Shown here piece by piece: positions 35,198 through 47,074 of a stretch of DNA of 64,000 nt. A program made the translations under genes and the position numbers. How positions within the stretch are numbered: the stretch's first letter is position 1; each line of letters opens with the position of its first letter. The stretch spans positions 64,001 through 128,000 of the IMG/VR virus record IMGVR_UViG_3300045125_000085. One strand, written 5' to 3'. This DNA is from a virus. The notes under the pieces were generated by a model, which saw only the letters and a program-made list of their open reading frames with translations, was not told the origin of the DNA and ran no database searches.

Positions 35198-35237
35198 CAT
35201 AGCGCCCTGAGAGCACTATGGCTCTCAGGGCGCTATG
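35198..35237. terminator. Bidirectional hairpin; paralogue of 30615-30654
   Basis: CATAGCGCCCTGAGAGC-actatg-GCTCTCAGGGCGCTATG. Confidence 0.8.
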
Positions 35238-35270
35238 ATTGCTACAGACTATCTCGATAAGCTCCGATTT

Positions 35271-36512
35271 CTAGTAGCCATCCCTAGAGTGATCGAACGT
35301 ATGCATAGGTGTCATGCCGCTAGTCACAGTCGTCAAAGCTGGATCAGCTACTGTGTTAAAGACATGATGCTTGTAGAAACTATCCTGTACAGTCAATGAC
35401 CATTGTCCATCTTCTAAGCTAGACCAATATTCACCGAGCTTACCTTGACCTATGATCAGGGGATAGATAGGCTTTTGATAGCTGATAAACATACCTGGTA
35501 AAGCTGGGGTCATGAGTCCTCTACGTACCGTAAATAAATGCGGCGTATCGACCACGATCCAAAACGACTGTGGTAAAGTCAAATACTGCTTGACTACCGT
35601 ATCGGAATAGAGTTCAGTCACACTGACGCGCTCAGGATGGAGTACGCTATTTGACAGACTTAAGCTACTGAGATCTAAGTTGACTATAGACTCAAAATAG
35701 CGCTCTACGTAAGGTAAGTGCTCTAATGACAAAGCATAGCTCGTATCACTGATTTGCCAAAACACCTGAGGATCCGGTAAGACTAGATAGCCGCCTATAG
35801 ACAGCAACACCGTCTGATTAGGCGTAGTAGTCGGTATCGTTAAATACGCTTTGCTATGTAAAGATACATCAGGATTACTAGCGGTAATCTGACTCTCAGT
35901 AATAGGCAGCATAGTCAGCTTACCTATATTAGCGAAACTATATAAGCCGAGTTGATTATTTCTACTTTGTCTAAAGCTCCTACCGCCTTCTTTGACATAG
36001 AGTCCATCATCGTCATAGTCAGTAGGATGCAGGTAGCCGTTGACGGATACTAAGCAATATGAGTAGAGTTGCTCATAGACTACTGGTGTGCCAGGTCTGA
36101 TGATACGGATATCGTTACGAGCTTCCTGCTCAGCGATCGTGCTATCGGGTCTACCGATGATGGTCAGATCGGCTAGATAGCCTGCTTGAAAGGCGTCTCT
36201 GTACTGCACATAATCGACTCTAGTAGTCGGTAGAGCCGGGATAGTAGGTAGTGCTCTAGTCCCTAGGTCTATGAACCAATTCGCTAAAGTACCTAGATAA
36301 CCATTATACTCAGTGCGTAAGGGTTCTAGGTCTACGTAGACAGTGGCCGCTAAAGCGGTATTACTGAGGGTCAGGATGATGCGTCTATAGGTACTAAAGA
36401 TAGTACTGAGACTCTGGGTCGAGAGGTCGGCATTAGACCACTGTGCCTGTAGGCTGCGATCGAGCACTAAAGCGGAAAGATACTGGTACATAATAGCCTC
36501 TGGACTAGACAT
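35271..36512 (-). CDS. Conserved virion structural protein
   Basis: Intact 413-aa ORF with CLVSVNGYLH and LLSIGGYL motifs, inside the tail/baseplate cluster. Confidence 0.65.
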   Translation of the reverse strand: MSSPEAIMYQYLSALVLDRSLQAQWSNADLSTQSLSTIFSTYRRIILTLSNTALAATVYVDLEPLRTEYNGYLGTLANWFIDLGTRALPTIPALPTTRVDYVQYRDAFQAGYLADLTIIGRPDSTIAEQEARNDIRIIRPGTPVVYEQLYSYCLVSVNGYLHPTDYDDDGLYVKEGGRSFRQSRNNQLGLYSFANIGKLTMLPITESQITASNPDVSLHSKAYLTIPTTTPNQTVLLSIGGYLVLPDPQVFWQISDTSYALSLEHLPYVERYFESIVNLDLSSLSLSNSVLHPERVSVTELYSDTVVKQYLTLPQSFWIVVDTPHLFTVRRGLMTPALPGMFISYQKPIYPLIIGQGKLGEYWSSLEDGQWSLTVQDSFYKHHVFNTVADPALTTVTSGMTPMHTFDHSRDGY

Positions 36513-36603
36513 AATGATAAATCAGATGACACATTCACGCTGGCATTTATGCCAGCTTTCCAGGCATTTTTTGCCCCTATACCATTAAATTCGGGAGCCG
36601 AAT

Positions 36604-39600
36604 ATGGCAGTGCTGTATCCATTCGACCCCACGGGGATGGCGGCGGACAACCTCGTGTTCGAGGAGCCGCACGCTGTTACGGAAGCCCATTACCGTGACT
36701 ACCATTTCATTATTCCAGATGTCGCACCGTTCTACGCAGAAGGGCTAGTGATTACCTTAGCAGGCAGTGAGCCTACTCCAGGTACTCACAGCTGGCGTCG
36801 ACTATTTTGAAGTACTGCCTTATGAAGCGGCTACCCGATCGATCGGGAAGCCGATTTATGGCGCGATCGCTTTGAACAGTCGATGGACGAGTGGCGTACT
36901 CTTACTGACGTACCAGACCTTAGGTGGTCAATGGGTAGCCGATCGCAGCTATGTGTATAAAGCCTTAGCTGAGAAAGCCTATAACCCACGGACCACGGTA
37001 TGGGACGTATTGACGGAATGTCGCTGAGATCTTTCCGCCAATTAACCACACGCAGAACTTTAGCGATTATTACGACGAAGGTCAGCTGATCCAAGCTATC
37101 ACTCGTCTAGGTACGGATATCGCTAGAGAAGCCGATAGTCTGCCTATAGTAAGACATCTTAGGAATTTCGACAATCCGCATAAGACCACGAAAGCACAAG
37201 TCGGTCTGCCATTAGTAGAAAACTACCCGATGGCTACGACCGAGCAAGCGCTATCAGGTCAGATACCAAGAAGCCTATATTAGTCCTAAGACATTAGGTG
37301 ATGTAAGGACTGCGATTAAGACTGAGTTTAGTACTGGAATCAATGGCGCTATGCGCTGGATCTCTAGTCTGCTCGATCAGCTGAATCGTCATAAAGCTGA
37401 TCTAAGCAATCCTCACCAAGTCACTAAAGACCAACTCGGCTTAGATCTGGTCGGTAATTGGCGGATGGCTGAGTCAACTGAAGTCAAAGTCAGTACGTCT
37501 GATCCTGACTTTATGCCGGCGACTGACATTATCGTCAATCCGCAAACTTTAGAACTAGTCCGTCTGTCAGTGCTAGATAACTTAGCCACGGCAGTGACTA
37601 ATTTAAATACTACTATCCGGGTGCTGACTGACCATGTCGATGCCCATAAAGCTAATGAGAATAATCCGCATAAAGTCACCGCTACTCAACTCGGCTTATC
37701 AAAGCTCGGTAACTGGGGCATGGCTACGACTGAAGAAGCGATCACAGGTACGGCTACTGATAGTCTGATTAATCCTAGCACACTAAGGTCAGTACGTAAC
37801 GAGATCACTAAGGATATCGATGCTGCGGGCGATACTATTTATAACCATATTACTGAGACTGTGACCACCATCACGAAGTACATTAATGAAGGTGGTACTG
37901 CACTCGATACGCATACTGTAGATTATACTAACCCACACCGAGTCACTGCTACGCAAGTTGGATTAGGCAATGTCGCTAATCTACCTTTAGCTACTGATCT
38001 CGAAGTAGCCAATGGTGAATCGCTAGATAAGTACGTCACCCTTAGACAGATCACTACGTATCTGACGGCCAGAGCTGGCTTACTTTACAGCATTGCTATT
38101 GCTACTGAAGTCGTAGAAGGTGAGTCGATAGAAGCTACATTGACTACAGCTAGAGTAGTCTCAGGGACGCAGTACTATTGGAGTATCGTGCATGGGACGA
38201 CTACTACTGCTAACTTTACTGAGAATAGTGGGGTAGTGTACGTTACAGATAATACTGTTGTCTGGAGTATTACAGCTACCTTACAGTCTGAATTTAACCC
38301 AGATCGTAGCTTTAGCCTAATGGTGCGAGAAGATAGCATTGATGGTAGAGTAGTAGCTATCTCAGATCCAGTCACGTTGATCAACGTGACACGCTTACCG
38401 GATTATCAGTTTAATATAGCACATACGGATGTAATGCTGAGTAAGTCTTGCAGCATGCCGATCTCGCTGACCGTATCGAATACGCCTATTGGTACGACAC
38501 TGTATTGGGAAGTAGCACCATTGACGGCTATAGCTGCCAACTTTAAGCAAAAAGCTGGTGAAGTCATAGTCAGCGGTAACGTAGTCAACTGGACGATAGA
38601 AGCCTATTCGACGATGGCTAACCGCTATCTATCTACCTTTAAGATTAAGCTACGGCGTGGTGCTGCTGACGGTGAAATCGTCGCTATGTCAGAACTACTG
38701 ACATTCGTAGGTACTTTATCAGCGGCGCAGGTGGTGACGGCGACGAGTCTATTCGCACCGGGCGTCTCACTGAACGCGGATAACTATTATAAAGTCACGA
38801 CCTTCCCACGTGCCGTCAGTAATAATTACGATACGCGTCAAGTGGCGCCGTATAAAGGACGCGCACTGCGTAGACAAACAGGTAGTATGGCTACCTTTAG
38901 CTTAGTACCATCAGTCAAAATACTGAACGAAGGTGACGGCTTAAGAGTCAACGTAACGACTAGTCGCGATGTAGGCTATCAGACAGTATACTGGAAAGTA
39001 ATCCATACAGGTACGACGGCGGGTGACTTCGTCCATGATAGCGGTATCTTAGAGATCATCGGTACTAATGGTCATATAGACCTGACGACTATCTTTAAGA
39101 CGACCGATGTAGGTGAGCGTAGCTTTAAAATAGGACTGATGGCATCTAGCTATACAGAAGCACCTTTTGCTACGACTATACCGATCACACTGCTGAATAT
39201 AGATACAGCTACGTTATACCGCATCAGTACTACGAACTGGTCTATCGCTACTAAGCTGACTAAGACATTAAACTTTATAGCTTCTACGAGTAAGTTAGTC
39301 AACGGTACGAATCTGCGCTGGAAGATCAACCACATCAATACACTCAGTACTGACTTTACGTCAGATGTCGGTGTAGCTATAGTGCAGAATGATGCGACTA
39401 GCTTTATAGTCAACGTATCTGATCTGATCAAGCGCTTATCAGTCGCTCAGTTTAGAGTCCAGCTATATGAAGGCATTAACCTGTTAGTGACTTCAGCTCT
39501 AGTGACCGTCTACTCTGATCTGCAAGCTGCTGGTATCATGCAACTAGAAACACTGTATGATCCGTATGTGACCGCTACCGCACGTAACTACTACTGGGTG

Positions 39601-39687
39601 AATAATGTCGGTAGACGTAGTCTAGTCGATCAGCCCATAGTGCCGCATGACTATCCAGCTCAGTGTGACGAGTGCTACAGTCAGTGA
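36604..39687 (+). CDS. Tail fibre / baseplate-anchored protein with NPHxVT repeats and four Ig/Calx-beta-like domains
   Basis: N-terminus YPFDPTGMAADNLVFEE.H; four H....NPH.(V/T)T..Q.GL repeats; repeated EG...T....GT.LYW.I....DF..SG units; indels in the first ~750 nt. Confidence 0.75.
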
Positions 39688-40826
39688 AGGTAGTAGTCTG
39701 ACAGCTAGTCTGACTGCTATCAATATCACTGATCCTACTAACTTCTACTGGAGCATAGAGCACGGTACGACGACTGCGAGTGACTTTACCGCTACGAGTG
39801 GTACGGTCGTAATGACAGCCGGTAGAGCAGACTGGACGATCTCTACTATTTATAGTAGTGTGAATAGTGCTGATAAGACTTACTCGATCGTAGTACGGCC
39901 TTTACCAGAGCACTACAGTCACACCTATCGCATGTAAGGATAATCTGACTATAGGTAATATTTATTATTACGAGCCTACGTATGCTATCAGTAGCAGTCA
40001 GTCTACATATGACAGCATGACGGTCACTAGCATCCCAGTCACAGTGACTACGACACATCTGTCGGATACGACGCTGTACTGGAAAGTGATACCGATTACG
40101 AGTGGCTTAGGTAATGGTAGCTTTACTCTGATCCAAGGTAGTGTAGCTGTAAATTCAGGTACAGGTAGTATTGCGGTAGGGATAAAGAGTACGATACAGG
40201 CGATTAATCCTGCTCAGTTTATCGTGAAGCTATTTAGTGATAGCAGTTACACGACGCAGGTCGCTGTGACAGCTACGATCATAGTGAAGGATCTGACCGT
40301 CTACCCGACTTATAGTTTGACGGTTGGAGTGAGTACGTTAGCTGAAGGCCAATCCTGGCCTCTGAGCCTAGCCACGACGAGCGTCAATAACGACACGACT
40401 CTGTACTGGACGATACTGCTAGATACAGCTTTAGCTACACAGTTTAAAGCAGTCAGCGGTACTATCCGTACGACGGGTGATACGACGAGCTGGACGATCG
40501 CTACTAATGCTAGCTTACTCAAAGATATGGTTAGGACCTTTAGAGTCCAGATCCATACAGGTAGTACTAGTGGTACGGTAGTCGCTACGTCCGCTAGCTT
40601 AACGATCAGTGATATCGTCGGGATAGTGCTCGACATCCATCACGTCATGCCGTGTTGTCTCTACGAGGCGACTAAGCCGATAGATGCTGCCGATTACTAT
40701 GTGATCGGTGTCCATACCCCTTACGTCGCTAATCGAGGAGACTCTCCGTGTCTAAAAATCAAGCGTATTTTCATCGCGTCAATCGACTGCCTGCGCAGTG
40801 TGAACCTTCAGCTATATATTTCCTGA
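39647..40826 (+). CDS. Ig/Calx-beta-like repeat virion protein (three domains), frameshifted
   Basis: VSEGSSLTASL..FYWSIEHGTTTASDFTATSG, TTLYWKVI, LAEGQSWPLSL..TTLYWTI. Confidence 0.7.
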
Positions 40827-41149
40827 AAGGTGAGCATGAGCACGACATGGACATGTATGCTGCAGGTAGTGATCCGAATGAGCTACTGCGAGTCATGACG
40901 GCGAAGGACGTCTTAGCCGCTATCATCCAGCGCTTCTCCAGCATCATGCAGATCGTAGTGGTGATCCCGACTCAAAAAGCTGAGATCTCTTACTACAAGT
41001 CGTTATATATGAAACGTGTCCATATCGACGCTCGTAGCTACTATTGGGTCAATAACCTAGGTAAGCGTAGACTGCGGTATGGCGGTACTGCTATCATGTA
41101 TGGCATACGCGTACCGTCTGCCAACGAGATGGAAAATGCTAACTGGTAG
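40748..41149 (+). CDS. Hypothetical tail-associated protein
   Basis: GAGGAG RBS, GTG start; FHRVNRLPAQCEPSAIYFLK; C-terminal YYWVNNLGKR motif shared with the 36604 gene. Confidence 0.65.
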   Translation: MSKNQAYFHRVNRLPAQCEPSAIYFLKGEHEHDMDMYAAGSDPNELLRVMTAKDVLAAIIQRFSSIMQIVVVIPTQKAEISYYKSLYMKRVHIDARSYYWVNNLGKRRLRYGGTAIMYGIRVPSANEMENANW

Positions 41150-41218
41150 TAGCTAGGATGTAAGGCGATCTGACTAATCAGATGGAAGATGAGCGAGGGA
41201 CTGCGTCGACGCAGCATA

Positions 41219-41250
41219 TAGCCCGGTAGTAGCTACCGGGCTTTTTCTTT
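41219..41250 (+). terminator. Intrinsic terminator (similar hairpin at ~42057-42090)
   Basis: AGCCCGGTAG-tag-CTACCGGGCT plus T run. Confidence 0.8.
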
Positions 41251-41278
41251 GTCTTTTATACTCATGAGGTAATTTACC

Positions 41279-41686
41279 ATGGCTCAATTTGGCACTTTTG
41301 GCACTGTGATGACTACTGCCAACACCTATGTACTGGCTGGTGCTGTTAATACTGGTATAGCGTATGCCACTATTTCTGTCAATCTGGTCAATACTAGTGC
41401 TACGGCTGATACTACTGTAAGAATCGCTATCGTACCTACTGGCGTCACTGTGACCCAGCTGACTACTGATTTAGCGTCTTATAAGAAGTACCATATTGAA
41501 TTTGGTGCTAATCTGACTGCTAATGGCGGTGTACTGGAACGTACCTGCATCCCAGTCTCTCCGGGTGAGCAGGTATTTGTGTGGGCTGCAAGTGGTGATG
41601 TCGCTGCTACGCGTATTCGGTCTGGAACAAGCATCTGCCTAACAAGCACCAGCTATATAGCTCTGGCTTTTAATTTAACTCAATAA
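41279..41686 (+). CDS. Small beta-rich virion protein
   Basis: GAGGT RBS; ATISVNLVN..VRIAI..HIEFGANLTANGGVLERT; true end probably ~41642. Confidence 0.6.
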   Translation: MAQFGTFGTVMTTANTYVLAGAVNTGIAYATISVNLVNTSATADTTVRIAIVPTGVTVTQLTTDLASYKKYHIEFGANLTANGGVLERTCIPVSPGEQVFVWAASGDVAATRIRSGTSICLTSTSYIALAFNLTQ

Positions 41687-41701
41687 CAAAGATGACCTCC
41701 T

Positions 41702-42050
41702 ATGGCACGTTTCACGTATTTTCCCGGCAGTTCGGGTGTTTCACATAGCGGCATATACACGATCAGTGAGGGCGGTACGGGTGTGACTACACTAGCTAGC
41801 GCAATTACGACCTTAGGGGTATCGCCAAGTCTACGATAGGCAACCCAGGCGGACCTGTCAAAATGAGCCCAACTGCGGCAGTAGTAGATCCGGCCCATTA
41901 TCCTACTGGTGCAGGTACTAGCTATACGCTGAATGGCGTCACTAGCTTAACAGGTGGTACGAGTGATAATGCGACTAAAAGGTATTTATTTGGGTGGATG
42001 ATATCCTAGTAGTCACACGTGCCTTTGGTTTAGAACGAGGCTAAAATAAG
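41702..42050 (+). CDS. Short tail-fibre-like protein (frameshifted)
   Basis: MARFTYFPG...ISEGGTGVTTLASAITTLG (GGTG..T motif of fibre shafts); N-terminus resembles the MARYYYSPG start of the next gene. Confidence 0.45.
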
Positions 42051-42117
42051 CGTCATATAGCCCGGCTAAATAGCCTGGCTATTTTTTTTTCATTACCACA
42101 ATAAATGGTGATCACTA

Positions 42118-43717
42118 ATGGCACGTTATTATTATAGTCCAGGGATGGAATTAATCACACAGAAATCACTAGACGATGTCAAAATCGTGTCAGTGAAAAT
42201 TAATCCTTCCATCATAGATAAGGATATCACGCTAGCTAGCGGGCATAATGGTAACTCAGTCGGCCCTATCGCTATTAAAAAGACACTACCGTCAAAATAG
42301 AAAAGGGTGCTTATTGGCTAATTGCTGGTACATCTAATACAGGTACTGCCGATACAGCAATCGGTACTTCTACTGATGCAGCTCACGCTGACCATGTGTG
42401 CATCCGGTACAGACTAGTGTATCTGGTAATGCCGGTACGGCTACTAAGCTGGCTACTGGTCGCTCGATCAGCGCATGACTGGTGATGTCGCTTGGTTGTT
42501 ACTGGCTTCGATGGTAGTGGTGATGCCGCTGCAGGAACGGCTACTTTAGCTAGCGTCGTGAACGGACTTTCTGACTACTAATACCGGTACTAAGACTTAC
42601 CTTTAATGCTAAGGGCTTAGTGACTGGTAGTGCTTGGCTTTGGCTGCTAGCCGATATCCCTGATCTGGATTGGTCTAAGATCACTACCGGTGTGCCGACG
42701 ATCATCACCAGTTACTAGTAGCGATAGTAGTCCTTTACCGGCGTGCAGCTGATACGGCTAGCTAGTCAGGTACCTCGGCTGATGCCAGCTCGCGCCGATC
42801 ACGTGCACCCATTACCGGCTATTACGACTAATCCTTCCATCATAGATAAGGATATCACGCTAGCTAGCGGGCATAATGGTAACTCAGTCGGCCCTATCGC
42901 TATTAAAAAAGGCACTACCGTCAAAATAGAAAAGGGTGCTTATTGGCTAATTGCTGGTACATCTAATACAGGTACTGCCGATACAGCAACCAGTGCAGAT
43001 CATTGCTTATCAGGTATACGACCAGCCGACGATCTCGCCTCTCACTAGCAGCGTGATTCCTAAAGCATTAGGATCAGCTGCCGTCGGTACTTCTACTGAT
43101 GCAGCTCGCGCTGATCACGTGCATCCGATGCAGAAGCAGTATCGGCACGACGGTGATGAGAGTAGCTTTAGCTGTATCAACACTATGCGTTCAGGTAGCT
43201 TATGCTAATAATCAATTAGCTTTAGTGGATACTTTAGGCTTATTCGGATTTGATACGGCTAATACATTACCGGACGATGGCGAAACATGTATAGTGCTGA
43301 CAGCTGGTGGTGGTGGCTGGGTATTAGAGTGCCCGCATTGGGAGTTTATCAATTCTAACCTTCTGTTAGAGGATTGGTCTAAAGATATAGAAACTCGCTT
43401 CACTAATTTTTCTAATAGAATTTTTGAATGGGTATTTCGATATATACCTAGCGCCACTACCACTTTAGACGCGCTAATGGTTATACAACTTTCGATGTAA
43501 TCTTAGTTGGCGCGGTGCTAATGATTTTAAGTATTTGTATCGCGAGCTCCTGGACTTAAAAGTATATCCGCACATTAACATAACGGCACATATTACTGCT
43601 ACTGATACTGTAACCGTTACATTATTTAACCATTATACTGCTTCTTCAGCCAGTGTTCCTAGTGTGCGTTTATTACTGCAAGTTATTAAATTAGATGCTT
43701 CATTTGGCTTCTATTAA
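42118..43717 (+). CDS. Tail fibre protein(s), heavily frameshifted
   Basis: Three GTS.DAARADHVHP motifs, a GNAGTATKLATGRSI..TGDV motif, and a duplicated SVGPIAIKKGTTVKIEKGAYW module. Confidence 0.6.
42201..42989 (+). repeat. Near-identical ~160-bp direct repeat (42201-42360 and 42829-42989)
   Basis: TAATCCTTCCATCATAGATAAGG...GGTACTGCCGATACAGCAA occurs twice and differs only at AAAAAGACACT vs AAAAAAGGCACT. Confidence 0.92.
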
Positions 43718-43787
43718 TAATTATTATTATTGGTTGTTTTAGTCACCGTCTCGATCCTCTTTTAAAAGCACTGTTAGGAGTTTTTTA

Positions 43788-45370
43788 TGCCTGATTTATA
43801 CACCGTGCGTTTAATTAAACGCCTAGTAAAGGGAGTGAGCGGAGTCTCTACCCTTGACACATCTTCGACACCATTATATCGTCTACGACAGATAAAGCGA
43901 CTTTTAAATCTTTGATCGAAGATAAAAAAGGGATGTTGCTTTTAGCTAAGACAGCTAATCAGGCTGTCTTTACAGCGATTACTAAGTCGGCTACGGCTAT
44001 GGGTTATATTGCCAATAGTCCATCTGCTTTAGATTTTTTTACTAATAATACTACCCTTAATAATTTACTTTATGACGGCGTAGGTAGTGTGGGCATAGTC
44101 GCTAATTACAATATAACTAAATATGGAAGAGTAGGCGATAATGCTACGTTAAAGGCACTACCTACCTTTAATGACGTGGTAAATAATTCGCCAGTAATGG
44201 CAGCTATTACAGCTAGTACTACTGGGATGATCGCTATATCGAACAGCTCGATTGCTCTGAATAAGTTTCTATCATCATCTACGTCTGATTTGCTTTATAG
44301 TGCCGCTAGTAATGTAGGCAGCATTTTGAATAAATCGTTAATAAATAACGGCGGTGTAGGAAATAGCACTTTGGCCGGTTTAGCTACTTTTCAAGACGTG
44401 GTAAATAACGCGACTGCTTTTTCTGCTTTAATAAATGACAAAACTACTATTTCGACAATATTAGGAAGCACTGCAGCTATAAATAAAATAACGAGTTATC
44501 CAAATTGGATGAATAGTGCTGCAATGCTACTAGTAACGCTGGTTATATGCTGAATGTAATTAATGTGGCTAACGGTGGAGTTAGAGACGATATGTTAGCT
44601 GCTAAAGCTACTGCTGCCTTAGTTGTTAATGATTTAACCACATTCACTGCTATATCTGCTACAAAGGCAATAACTACGATAGTATATTAAATTCGTCTAC
44701 TTTAATGAATGTTCTTGAAGAAAATAAAAGCATTCTAAAAACTGTAATATGGAATAGTGAAAGTTTGCTAACAGACACTAAAAAATAACACAACAGCTAA
44801 AAATTCATTAGCCAGTTCTTCATTAGTTGTTACTATATCTAATATAGTTAAAAGCAAGACGCAGTCTGTATCTGTAAAAACTGGTTTTTCTATTTTACTA
44901 CAGATGTCTCAATCAGTCAATACCGTCGATGTTGAGCTACTGTTAAATTCTCACGGCTATTCAAGTTGGTATGTCAGAGGTACTATTATTATCGGCCTAG
45001 CTGAACAGTAGTTACGGTCTAGCCGTAATAACCTGGGCTGGATGATGGATATCTATGGGTGGGGCGTCACAAAATTATACGATGAAAATAGATTTACTAG
45101 AAAGTAAATATAGTCCAGTTTTTCAAGTGCACGATGTAGAATATAAAGATAAATCTATAACTAACAGTGATCCCATTTATTTAATAGGGAGAAGTATAAG
45201 ATGGTATTGATATAGGTATTAATACAGTAGTAATGTGTAAATATGTTTCTAATATACCGGCAGCTACCGACTGTTATCAATCTTACTATGGTTTGAAAGT
45301 AGACGCAGCTGGTTATAATTGGAGTAGTAATGGCGTACTTACATTTAAGCTTTTAAATCTTGTCTAATAG
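43788..45370 (+). CDS. AT-rich repeat protein, probable tail fibre/receptor-binding component (frameshifted)
   Basis: AGGAG RBS, ATG 43788; ~70-aa repeats G..L....T F.DVVNN...AI; visibly lower GC than flanks. Confidence 0.55.
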
Positions 45371-45835
45371 GTGACATTCATGCAAACATACACTCACGTT
45401 GTAGTATTGTCTGATGATAAAATCATTGGTTTTTCTACAGTAGCTGCTTCAGAATATTCTGATCGTAACCATGTTGCGTTGGATAAAGCAATAACACCTT
45501 TTATCGACGATCATCTTCATTATCAATATAAGAATGGTGAGGTAGTTTATTCACCAAATAGTGATATTAATGACTCACTAGACATCTACTCTTACGCGGC
45601 AGTGGAGACTGGAGTGGAGACTGGTGATAGTTTGATATCTGGATTAGTTAGGCGTTCAGATAGCGCAGAGTTTTTCGACACACCGGTAACAATAGTGCCG
45701 CTGACTACTACTATCAATACTAATTACGACGATATAACTAATTTTGTCTATGTCGATGGCGTGGTTAAGTATGATGTAGAGGCAGCAAGATTAGCACTTC
45801 AAGCTAAGTTAGCTCAAGAAGATCAAGCGATATAA
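45371..45835 (+). CDS. Probable tail fibre assembly/chaperone-like protein
   Basis: 154-aa acidic ORF with duplicated Y.Y.(N/D)G.V.Y motif at the end of the fibre cluster. Confidence 0.5.
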   Translation: MTFMQTYTHVVVLSDDKIIGFSTVAASEYSDRNHVALDKAITPFIDDHLHYQYKNGEVVYSPNSDINDSLDIYSYAAVETGVETGDSLISGLVRRSDSAEFFDTPVTIVPLTTTINTNYDDITNFVYVDGVVKYDVEAARLALQAKLAQEDQAI

Positions 45836-45837
45836 GT

Positions 45838-45892
45838 ATAGCCTATACGGCATAAGGGGGGGTTTTAGCCCCCCTTATGCCGTATAGGCTAT
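45838..45892. terminator. Perfect 24-bp inverted repeat between convergent operons
   Basis: ATAGCCTATACGGCATAAGGGGGG-gttttag-CCCCCCTTATGCCGTATAGGCTAT. Confidence 0.85.
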
Positions 45893-45900
45893 TTATCTCA

Positions 45901-46445
45901 TTAGCTAGTGACGATCAATTTAGCTAATTCCACTACATCTCCCACCATATCACCTACTAGTCCTTCAGGCAACTCCACACCCATCACTATCATCACTAGT
46001 ATAGCCGCGATCATTAAAGTCCCAGTCACTACTGCATATTTAAAAAACCAAGCACGTAAATGAATCAATGCTAATCGGTTTTTCACCTCTACATGCACTA
46101 ATGTAGGACAGTCCATATCCTTACAATCCCGCATATCGCATACGTCTTTACCACACTGCTCCTTAGGATCTACGTAGATAGGAAAGTGTTTACGCCCTCC
46201 ACCAGCTCAGCTTAGCCTTTACCTTCATACAGTTCAGACTCTACTGCATCTAATGCTAGCAGTATCAGCCGTGTCCGCACAGGTGCAGGTAGCTCACCAA
46301 ACATATCCAGTATCTTCCAAAACTCACTATCGTGCGCATTGATCAAATCACTAAAGCTACTGATGATATCGGTATTCTTAATATGCAATAGCTTCTTTAC
46401 TTCTTTATGATACTCTTTAAGAGCATCTTCTTCTCTGACTGCCAT
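45901..46445 (-). CDS. Membrane protein with C-terminal TM segment (two ORF pieces, probably one gene)
   Basis: 46212..46445 plus 45901..46134; YAVVTGTLMIAAILVMIVMG. Confidence 0.5.
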
Positions 46446-46473
46446 TTTAGCTACCTCGCTCTTGTTAAAATGC

Positions 46474-47060
46474 TCACGTCACTACTAGTCTCCTTAATTT
46501 AAGTAGATGTGTATAAGCGACTGCGATACTATCCACACCGTGCTCATCATACCCGCTCAGTACCTCTGCATCTAGCACGCTCATTAGCTCACTCACACTC
46601 CCCACTGCAGTCTTGACCGCTACTTTATTACCATGCGCTGTAGCCCCCACCAATTTCTTCACTATAGCGGGTTCATAGGTGATGAACTTCACATTAGCGT
46701 CATACGCTTTCACTGCTAATCGCATCGCATACACACATTCGACTAAAGCTGCATAAGCACTCGGCCTGAACCGATTTGTAAAACGGAGACTCGCAGCAGA
46801 CTATCCAGGGCTGATAGACTTCTAATAAATGCAGTACGGCATCGTGCTGATAGCCTATCCGCCCCCATCTATCTAGCTCCTCCCTACATCTACCACGCCT
46901 GTATGCGCAGGTGCTTTGATCGTCCTAGCCTCCACACTTACCACACTGTAATCCTCCCACCGTATCGTCAGCATACATATCCCTAAGTGCTGTGAGCCAG
47001 GGTCTATCCCACAGATCACTCCTGTCTCTACTCCACCCTCTGGCTCGACGCAGTGCCATA
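46474..47060 (-). CDS. ruvC: RuvC-like Holliday junction resolvase (frameshifted; N-terminus fused to the upstream ORF in the track)
   Basis: ICGIDPGSQHLG, IVCESPF, YEPAIVKKLVGATAHGNK..V, DEHGVDSIAVA. Confidence 0.82.
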
Positions 47061-47074
47061 GCTCTACTCCTTTA

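Noticed and set aside
42201-42989. Diversity-generating retroelement TR/VR pair
   Set aside because: The copies differ at only one site, there is no pattern of adenine-specific substitutions, and no reverse transcriptase is in the window
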